Positions 53,469 to 64,000 of a DNA stretch of 64,000 nucleotides are shown here, in pieces; the first letter of the stretch is position 1; every line of letters begins with the position of its first letter. Made by a program: the position numbers and the translations under genes. Source of the stretch: Eledone cirrhosa (lineage: Eukaryota); assembly GCA_964016885.1 (NCBI GenBank), contig OZ024764.1, forward strand, positions 22,568,001-22,632,000, written 5' to 3'. The notes under the pieces were generated by a model. The model was not told where the DNA came from. It worked only from the letters and a program-made list of their open reading frames with translations, and made no database searches.

Positions 53469-55489
53469 GAGGTATAACAAACTGAGGGTTGCCCAAGGTC
53501 CACATAGGTCACATGTGTTGTCTGAGGGTTGCACACGACAACTAAGTAGTCATTTAATAAAATATATTGCAGAAAGATTTGTTACTTAAATTTAGAAACA
53601 TACAATGTACATACAAATGTTTTAGCAGCATTCATGAATACAAAGTAATGAAGTAGTTTGACAAAAAACTAAAATTTAACATGTCAACATATACTTGCAG
53701 ATTGTAACAGCAACAAATACATTGTACACAAATAACAAAAGTTGAAAACTGAACATTTATTTGCTGCTATTCAACCATTTTTAGTCTTTTGTCCTGAGGC
53801 TTGACAAGTCTTTCTGTTGACTATTTTTGGTATGTCTGGCTGAAATGTTTGTACAGTTCCAACTTTAATCAGATGACAAGTGTTGATCAGTCAGCCTTGT
53901 TGTCTGAGAAGTTTTTGTTAAGCTAAGTACAGACTCAGTATTGGCAGTGATTTTCAGCTCTTTGCACATCAGAAAATGTATTAAATTTTCATCTGACAAC
54001 GGAGACTTCCATAAGCTAAGTTTTCTAATGAAGAACTTGATGTCATCATACAACTGAGTGATGGGTTTGTTTTTACCTTGTAATTTCAAATTAAGATCAG
54101 TTAATTGTGCAGTAATATCCATAACAAAAGCCAGATTTTGGAGCCAACTTTCATCTTTTATTTCATCTGTGTTTTGACCTTTCATCTCCAAAAACATAAT
54201 TATTTCAACAAATAGAATCTTTTCAGCACTTTGTGACATGTCAACCAGCAGACTTCTGTGTAGAATGGAACATCGGTGAACTGATTATCCATATCTTCCA
54301 ACAACTGGCTGAACTGACGGTGGTTGAGAGCATGGCCTCTGATTTAGTTCACTGTCTTTGTGACCAAGCTAAGCACATGATGCAATTTTAAAGTCTTTGA
54401 ACATAAATTTTGCTGATGAATAATAGTGAAAATGTGCAAATGATGAATCTAGATATAAGTTTTCTATTTTTGTTTGTAACTTGGCAGCAACACCATTATG
54501 TCTACCAACCATATTTGCAGCACTGTCAGTAGATAAACATGCAAGATTACTCAGATCAAAACCATGCAGACACTGCTTGACCTTCTCAAAGATGTCCTGG
54601 CTTGTTATAGTGTCATGCATGGGGACCAGTTCAATCAGTTCTTCATAAATATTAAATTCACAGTCACAGGCCCTGATGAAGAATGCAAGCTGTACTATTC
54701 CAGTGATGTCAACAGTCTCTTCAATAGCAATAGAAACATGTTCAAACCTTGATGATACAGCCTTTAACTGTTGTTTCAGATCACCTGACATTTCATTAAT
54801 CTGTTCAGCAACAGTGTTCCTGGTTAATGAAATGTCTTTGAATAACACTGCTTTCTCTGGACAATTTCAGCTGTTTTTACAAGACATTGCTTTACAAAGT
54901 CTCCTTCACTGTAAGATTTCCCACTCATGGCAATCATTCGATTGAGTTCATAGCTTGCAGTAACGGAAGTGACATTCTCTTCCTGAATTAACATAAAACA
55001 GGTCTATTGCTGTGTCAAGTTAGACTTCAATTCCTTGAGTCTTGAAACACACATTGGGCTTTCATATTTATCGTAAGATCGAGGGTTTGTTTCATAATGT
55101 CTTTTTAAATTGTACTCTTTTGTCGTGGAGATGTAGTTGTTGCAAATTAAACTGTATCTTTCTGTTCACCATTGGGCAAAAATACTGTAATTCCCACTTT
55201 TCTTGAAACACTTGCCCTTCTTCGTTCACTTTCCTTTTTCTCTTAGCTGGAGGAGCACTAACCATTTCAAAAACAAAATCATTTGAAATTTTGAAAGAAA
55301 GTTTTCTGTTAATGAGCTGCACGTGATTAATGGAAGTTAAAAGTAGTTGACAAAAATTGCACCAAAAAAAATAATTGTATTGAAAATGTTTTAAATTTTA
55401 TATTACGAAAATGAAACATGCTCGCACTGTAAAAACCTTTGTGTGGGCCGCAGGTTTGCTTGCAAAGGGCCGCATGTTTGACATGTCTG
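53469..55489 (-). mobile_element. hAT transposon copy (internally deleted)
   Basis: Same TIR, TSD and transposase fragments. Confidence 0.9.
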
Positions 55490-58400
55490 ATGTAGGTTAC
55501 CAACACTAGGGAGGGCAGCATATCCTTCAGTGTGTTCTGCTACATTAACTACCAGGAGGTCACCACATGAGACAAAGACTACATTTCAAAGAGGGGTCAT
55601 AAAAGAACTAAATACGAAAGTCCTCACAGCAAAAAGCAAATTATTGAGCTTTGGGTCTAGGTTAAGGGGGCAGAAGTGCTGTGCCCTGTGGATAAGACTG
55701 CAAAAGTATTCGCCCCGGACGATGGACAGTTACAGCCACCCCAACCTCATGGGACTCCCTCTTCAGAAGGGCCACCAACGTACTGATCTTACAGAGGAGC
55801 TTGGCAGTACGGGGTCTAAATACTTCTGAGGTCTCAATGGTGACCAGTGTGAAGATACCTACAAATGATGTCATCCTAGTTATGTTGGACTGTAATATAC
55901 TGGGGTATAGAGAGGCCTTAGCCTGTCTCAGCTGAGTCACCCTGGGTTGTGTCATCTAGATACCAGATAGGGGTAACTAGACCATGTTGTCAACTGTCAG
56001 CACCAATAGGAGTGAGGCGAGTGGGTCCCCTTGCTAGACACCATATATAAAAACGTATTTGCTAATTACTTTAGTGAATAATTTGTTTCATACGTAATTA
56101 TTACTTTTAACACAATAGGATTTTGTACACGTGTTTGTTTGAAAACATCTTTCAAAGAAGTATGAGACAGTCTTTTGCAGTCTTCTGGAGTTGCGACCGA
56201 TAGATAGTATTAGCAATTGGAAAGACCAATGGAAACATTGTTTCCTCGGTCCGATTTAACGAAAAGTCGATCGTAAAAAAAATATATAGAGAGAGAGAAA
56301 CACACAAACATACACTACTGTATTACATATGTAAGGGGAGACAATTCTCGTTACATTCCCCATTCTTTTTGATATACGTTCTTTAAATACTTTGTACAAT
56401 GGAACCTGCTTTATTTTGTGTCCTAAGTAGATTTCTGTTTAAGTATTTACGAGATTCACAATGATTCACGTAACCAAGTTACTTACATAGAGATATATTT
56501 CACATAGAATCACGACAAATGAAAATATTAAGTCAACACTCTGTCAATCAGTCTCACATCACATGGGGTGCCGGAGTCTCCCTCTAATACTTTCTGAGGC
56601 AGTCTTACCTCGAGTGGGATCTTTTACCATCTCTACCTCTTTCTCTAGGTTGTCTTGTACCTCTCACAGTCCCTCTAAATCTTATATTAAACAGGGAGAT
56701 CTTTTACTCTCCAACCCTTCTTTCTCCTTATAGTCTCGCATCTATCAGTCCCTCTAGATATTACACCTAGTATCTAGTCTATGTTGAGTGGTACGTCCTT
56801 CTCCAGTAAAGGAGTTAATATTCCCAACCATCTGTCTATCCTGTTTTCTGATGAGAATGAAGTCAATCTAGTTTATCTCTTCACCTGATTGAAGTAACTA
56901 GATCAAGTAATTAGATGTTTTCCTGTAAGTTAGTGTGGCAGTGTTTGTGTCACCATGTAAGGTTTATATCTATTAATATAGAGATGTAGTAAAGTTTTCA
57001 CTGTTGTATCTCTATTTTCTAAATATCTTAATAATGTTTCTCTACTATTTCAGAATATCACATGACCTTGACAGAAAAGAGTCTTTTAAAGATAACAGAA
57101 AGATGTTACATTCAAGTGATATAAACTTGTTTAGTCTGTGGTGAATTATGGTGAAATATTTCTTCTGAATTGAGATAAATAACAACATTTTCCTTTTTCA
57201 CTGTCTGGAATATTTACAAGATGATTTTACATTCTGATTAAACTTTGGATATTTACAAAGGTGTTTTCAAAATATTTGGATATTGACAAAGATCACATTT
57301 GATAAAATTATGAACAATAGAAATATTTACATCAACATAGGAATATTTTCCAGAAGAGATGGGAAAATCATTATACCACTGTAATATTTGTGATAAAGTA
57401 TTCTCTCTTCTTTATATGTAGAACATCTAACTAAACACTTTAACTAACAAACTATTGTGCTATAGAATTGACAAACTTGAGGAATGTTTAATAAATGTTA
57501 CAGATTTCTCCAAACTGTCGTTTACTAACTTTAATTTGAAGCTATATTATCTATATTCTACTAAAACTCTGTGATTGTGTCTTGTCCGTAATTTAATACA
57601 GCTAAAACAGTGCATAATGGGGAAATACTTTGAAAGGAATAAAACAAGATTTGTATAAATTGGAGCACAGGTTCCCAAGATACGGGGTTTTCTGGGTACC
57701 TTCATAAATATAGGGAGAGAAAGAGAGAGTGCGCGCTGGTGGTGTTGTTTAATAAAATGTGTGTGTGTGTGTGTATATATATACGTATGTGTATATTTTA
57801 ACTATTTAAAAATTATTTTTAAATAACTTAAAAGATAATTTTAAGGCAACGTGACCCAACAGGTTCCAGGTGGTCTAGTTTGTTACTAAATACTAGATAT
57901 TAGAGGGTCATGTTGTTCTAGATGTGCTGGAAGAGCCATTCCATCTTGTGAGGCTCACACCAGCAGCTAGCCACCTCAGCACCTATGGTGGTATATTTAT
58001 TATATTATTTATTCTTTATCATTAACATTAATATAAAAGATAATTATATATTTTTAGAGAAGAACCTCTAACTTCATATAGCTTAGGGCTTCAGTAGGTA
58101 AAGTCTGGCCCTGCTTGTCTTGTATTTTTTAGGGGAGAAGTTAGGGAATACGGTTATTGTGTGAAAGTTTTCTAAATCTTCTTCAGCCACTAACATGGAG
58201 AAGATATTTCAGTAAAAAGGTTCACATCCTGACATCTATAGCTGTTAACAATGAGATTGGAATTCATTATTAAACAAATGTTTTATCATCATCACTGTTT
58301 AACAACAGTTTTTTCACGCTGGCATGGGTTAGACGAGTTATCCTGTTGTAAGCAAGGCCAGGTCAGGTGACCATGTCTGGCTCCTACAGAACAAATTTTG

Positions 58401-60011
58401 GATCGGTTTCTACAGCTGGATGCCCTTCCTAGCACCAACCTTATTTACATTGAGTACTGGATGCATTTTACCATCTCACCATCACGACCACTTCACAGTG
58501 TGGGCTGGGTGCTTTTTGTTGTGACACCTACATGACCACTTTACAGTGTGGACTGGGTACTTTTTGTTGTGACACCTACATGACCATTTTACAGTTTTGA
58601 CTGGGTGCTTTTTGTTGTGACACCTACATGACCACTTTATAGTGTGGACTGGGTGCTTTTTGTTGTGACACCTACATGACCACTTTACAGTGTGGACTGG
58701 GTACTTTTTGTTGTGACACCTACACGACCACTTTAAAGTTTTGGCTGGGTTCTTTTTGTTGTCACCTCCATGACCACTTTACAGTGTGGGCTGGGTGCTT
58801 TTTGCTGTGACACCTACGCAACCGCTTTATAGTGTGGGCTGGTTTCTTTTTGTCATATCACCTACATGACCAGTTTATAGTATTGGCTGTGTGTTCTTTA
58901 CAGTGTGGGCTGGTTTCTTTTTGTCATATCACCTACATGACCACCTTATAATGTTTACTGTGTGTTCTTTGCAGTGTAGGCTGGTTTCTTTTTGTCATAT
59001 CACCTACATGACCACCTTATAATGTTGACTGTGTGTTCTTTACAGTGTGGGCTGGTTTCTTTTTGTCATATCACCTACATGACCACCTTATAATGTTTAC
59101 TGTGTGTTCTTTGCAGTGTAGGCTGGTTTCTTTTTGTCATATCACCTCCATGACCACCTTATAATGTTGACTGTGTGTTCTTTACAGTGTGGGCTGGTTT
59201 CTTTTTGTCATATCACCTACATGACCACCTTATAATGTTGACTGTGTGTTCTTTGCAGTGTGGGTTGGGTGCTTTTTGTCATATCACCTACCCAACCACT
59301 TTGCAGTGTGGGCAGTGAAATATCAGTACTGCACCAGCTCCAATATTCAGTAATCAGAAGGGAGGTAGGCATAAAAGCCAAACTTGCTGTCTTCAATTAG
59401 GTTTTTGTGCCAACCCTTACCTATGGTCACATATCTTGGGTAATGACCAAAAGAATATGATTGTGAATACAAGTTGCAGATATGGGATTCGTCTGAAGGG
59501 TCTTTGAAGGAACGAATCACTGGATAGATTTTACAGGCAAAACTAACCAGCAAGGAGACCCAGGGGTACACTGGAGCAAGATGGTCACATAACATCCATG
59601 AGCTTGGCTGGTCTCTCTGGGAGATCCAGCCAGATCAGTTGGGGTGGGTTACTTCTGACAGGACCTGTTGAAGGGAGTGTTTGAGGACTGCCCCCAAGAC
59701 CCTCTCTGGAATGACTGGATTAATAAGAAGAGGTTGAGGTTACATCATCAACATCAGATTTCCCTGCTAGCAAGGGTTTAATGAGTCTACTTCAACCAAG
59801 TAAGTACTGAAGTGAGGCTACTGATCTCCCAGACAGACCAAGGATCTGAGACTTATTTACATAAGGTCTCATTTGCTACTGAGTGCACAGAAAAGGTTGT
59901 CATGATTGAAGGGTTCTCCAACACTATTGTCGGGCAAGCTCTCTATGGCTAGATGTCTTTCACATGACCAACCACATTACAGCCTGTGTTGGGTGTGTTT
60001 ATCATGTAGGT

Positions 60012-61998
60012 GAGGCATAACAAACTGAGGGTTCCCCAAGGGCCACATAGGTCACATGTGTTGTCTGAGGGTTGCACACTACAACTAATTATGTACACAA
60101 CAACTAATTAAAGTCATTTAATAAAATATATTGCAGAAAGATTTGTTACTTAAATTTAGAAACATACAATGTCCATACAAATGTTTTAGCAGCATTCATG
60201 AATACAAAGTAATGAAGTAGTTTGACAAAAAAATAAAATTTCACATGTCAACATATACTTGCAGATTGTAACAGCAACAAATACATTGTACACAAATAAC
60301 AACAGTTGAAAACTGAACATTTATTTGCTACTATTCAACCATTTTTAGTGTTTTGTCCTGAGGCTTGACACTTCTTTCTGTTGACAATGTTTGGTATGTC
60401 TGGCTGAAATGTCTGTACAGTTCCAACTTTAATCAGAAATGACAAGTGTTGATCTGTCAGCCTTGTTCTCTGAGAAGTTTTTGTTAAGCTAAGTACAGAC
60501 TCAGTATGGGCAGTGATTTTCAGCTCTTTGCACATAAGAAAATGAATTAAATTTCATCTGACAACGGAGACTTCCATAAGCTAAGTTTTCTAATGAAGAA
60601 CTTGATGTCATCATACAACTGAGTGATGGGTTTGTTTTTACCTTGTAATTTCAAATTAAGATCAGTTAATTGTGCAGTAATATCCATAACAAAAGCCAGA
60701 TGTTGGAGCCAACTTTCATCTTTTATTTCATCTGTGTTTTGACCTTTCATCTCCAAAAACATAATTATTTCAACAAATAGAATCTTTTCAGCACTTTGTG
60801 ACATGTCAACCAGCAGACTTCTGTGTAGAATGGAACATCGGTGAACTGATTATCCATATCTTCCAACAACTGGCTGAACTGACGGTGGTTGAGAGCATGG
60901 CCTCTGATTTAGTTCACTGTCTTTTTGACCAAGCTAAGCACATGATGCAATTTTAAAATCTTTGAACATAAATTTTGCTGATGAATAATACAGTGAAAAT
61001 GTGCAAATGATGAATCTAGATATGAGTTTTCTATTTTTGTTTGTAACTTGGCAGCAACACCATTATGTCTACCAACCATATTTGCAGCACTGTCAGTAGA
61101 TAAACATGCAAGTTTACTCAGATCAAAACCATGCAGACACTGCTTTACCTTCTCAAAGATGTCCTGGCTTGTTATAGTGTCATGCATGGGGACCAGTTCA
61201 ATCAGTTCTTCATAAATATTAAATTCACTGTCACAGGCCCTGATGAAGAATGCAAGCTGTACTATTCCAGTGATGTCAACAGTCTCTTCAATAGCAATAG
61301 AAACATGTTCAAACCTTGATGATACAGCCTTTAACTGTTGTTTCAGATCACCTGACATTTCATTAATCTGTTCAGCAACAGTGTTCCTGGTTAATGAAAT
61401 GTCTTTGAATAACTCTGCTTTCTCCGGACAATTTCAGCTGTTTTTACAAGACATTGCTTTACAAAATCTCCTTTACTGTAAGATTTCCCACTCATGGCAA
61501 TCATTTGACTGAGTTCATAGCTTGCAGTAACAGAAGTGACATCCTCTTCCTGAATTAACATAAAACAGGTCTATTGCTGTGTCAAGTTAGACTTCAATTC
61601 CTTGAGTCTTGAAACACACATTGGGCCTTCATATTTATCGTAAGATTGATGGTTTGTTTCATAATGTCTTTTTAAATTGTACTCTTTTGGCGTGGAGATG
61701 TAGTTGTTACAAATAAAAAGTGTATTTTTCTGTTCACCATTGGGCAAAAATACTGTAATTCCCACTTTTCTTGAAACACTTTCCCTTCTTCGTTCAATTT
61801 CCTTTTTCTCTTAGCTGGAGGAGCACTAACCACGTGATTAATGGAAGTTAAAAGTAGTTGACAAAATTTGCAAAAAAAAATAATTGTATCGAAAATGTTT
61901 TAAATTTTATATTACGAAAATGAAACATGCGCGCACTGTAAAAACCTTTGTGTGGGGCGCAGGTTTGCTTGCCAAGGGCCGCATGTTTGACATGTCTG
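60012..61998 (-). mobile_element. hAT transposon copy (internally deleted, start codon region lost)
   Basis: Same TIR and TSD; junction ACTAACCACGTGATT at ~61830 removes the ATG. Confidence 0.9.
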
Positions 61999-63807
61999 AT
62001 GTAGGTTACCAACACTAGGGAGGGCAGCATATCCTTCAGTGTGTTCTGCTACATTAACTACCAGGAGGTCACCACATGAGACAAAGACTACATTTCAAAG
62101 AAGGGTCATAAAAGAACTAAATACAAAAGTCCTCGCAGCAAAAAAACAAATAATTGAGCTTTGGGTCTGGGTCAAGGGGGCATAAGTGGCTTAACCTGTC
62201 ACAGCCGGGCCACCCTGGGTTGTGTCATCTAGGTACCAGACAGGGGTAACTAGACCATGTTGTCAACTGTCAACACCAATAGGATGAGGCGAGTGGGTCG
62301 CCTTGCTAGACACCATATATAAAAACGTATTTGCTAATTACTTTAATGAATAATTTGTTTCATACGTAATTATTACTTTTAACACAATAGGATTTTGTAC
62401 ACGTGTTTGTTTGAAAACATCTTTCAAAGAAGTATGAGACAGTCTTTTGTCGTGTTTATTATAATAAATTACTGTATGTTGAGCTGTTTTAACTTCTCCA
62501 CCTTCCATTATTTTATATTGTTTTTGTAAAAAAACGAGATCTTTTTCATATATATATATATGAAGGCGTGTGGCTGAGTGGTTAGAGAATTGGATTCGGA
62601 ATTGTGAGGTTGTGAGTTCGATTTCCAGACTGGGCGATTCGTTATGTCCTTGAGCAAGACATTTTATTTCACGTTGCTCCTTCTACCTGGAGTTGCGACC
62701 GATAGATAGTATTAGCAATTGGAAAGACCAATGGAAACATTGTTTCCTCGGTCCGATTTGACGAAAAGTCGATCATAAAAAATATATATAGAAAGAGAGA
62801 AACACAAACATACACTACTGTATTACATATGTCAGGGGAGACAACTCTCGTTACATCCACCCTTCTTTTTGATATACATTCATTAAATACTTTGTTCAAT
62901 GGAACCTGCTTTATTTTGTGTCCTAAGTAGATTTCTGTTTAAGTATTTACGTGATTCACAATGATTCACGTAACCAAGTTACTTACATAGAGATATATTT
63001 CACATAGAATCACAACAAATGAAAATATTAAGTCAACACTCTGTCAATCAGTCTCACATCACATGGGGTGCTGGAGTCTCCCTCTAATACTTTCTGAGAC
63101 AGTCTTACCTCGAGTGATAGCAAGGCTAAGATGTTGGAACTACCAAACAGCCTCATATGTATCACCTGACACCTCGGTAAGGAGAGCTGCCAACGATAAC
63201 AAGAACCTCGTTGTCAGGGACCTATCTCCTCCAAACTTCTCCAACACCACAGACTAGAATATTCTACTCTTTATTCCCTATCAAATATTTTTCAGTCTAG
63301 TCATTTATCTTGTATCTTGTATATGTATTTTCAAAACTAACTGTCACATTTGTGAGACCCCAGTTAGTATTGTTTTCGTCTCCCTCCCACATCCTACATG
63401 CTGTAGTAAAAGTGAGGGTCACTGCTTCTGTAGACGAACGAAATAAAAGTTAAACTACCAGTAATTATCGGCAAAGTATTTATTCCAGTCTGTGATGTTT
63501 GAGAAGCTGGGCTGCTGACAACGAAGTTGTGGTCACTGTTGGCGGCTGGCTTTACCGAAGTACCCGATGACTCTTGTGAGGGTACTTAGCTGTTCTGGCG
63601 GTTTAGCCTCCATGACATGATTTTACTGAGATACCCGGTGATCTCTGTCAGGGTACTTAGCTGTTCTGGCGGTTTAGCCTCCATATGACCCGATCTTACC
63701 GAGATACCCGGTGATCTCTGTCAGGGTACTTAGCTGTTCTGGCAACTTAGCCCCCATATGACCCGATTTACCGAAGTACCCGGTGATCTCTGTAAGAGTA
63801 CTTAGCT

Positions 63808-64000
63808 GGGCATAGGTTAAGTTTTACGTCCTCGAAAATGAAACTAGGTTTTCTGACATGTGAATGTGTTTTTTTTTTTTTACAATGAAATTTACGATAC
63901 ACTTTTTGTTTATTTACAACAGGTCTCTATAGTGATATGGTGTTAATTAGTATTGCGTGTGTGATTATTTTCTCTTATATATATATGTGTGGGTGTGTAT
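63808..64000. mobile_element. Second copy of the foldback element, cut by the window end
   Basis: TTAGCT|GGGCATAGGTTAAG at the paralogous site. Confidence 0.9.

Larger units (their letters stand above)
56617..64000 (+). repeat. Partial tandem unit with no ZNF gene at its start
   Basis: Junction CTTACCTCGAGTG|GGATCTTTTAC joins the ~9839-equivalent position back to the 82-bp repeat; then collinear with 3.2-10.7 kb. Confidence 0.88.

Overview
AT-rich animal genomic DNA, most likely octopus/cephalopod (inferred from the [15 protein letters not shown] finger signature and the RTE/SINE repeat content; not verified). The window is a head-to-tail array of ~16 kb segmental duplicates. Each unit carries one + strand C2H2 zinc-finger ORF with no effector domain, encoded on a single exon: gene 1 at <1-1927 (frameshifted, 23 fingers), gene 2 at 16641-17840 (14), gene 3 at 32667-34625 (23) and gene 4 at 48944-49807 (10). 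A fifth, gene-less partial unit starts at ~56617. The units share a scaffold of co-duplicated transposon relics: RTE LINE fragments, a non-autonomous Helitron-like element, a Buster/Charlie-type hAT with an 8-bp TSD, CRE-clade retrotransposon remnants, a tRNA-derived SINE and several MITEs. They differ by unit-specific insertions (RTE, CR1, CRE block, 654-bp foldback), deletions and minisatellite copy number. A candidate promoter and non-coding first exon precedes genes 2 and 3 but is deleted upstream of gene 4. Every gene has a conserved juxtaposed AG|GTAAGA splice motif just before its poly(A) signal, followed by a vestigial ZNF exon. This suggests, as a hypothesis only, splicing-based choice among zinc-finger cassettes.
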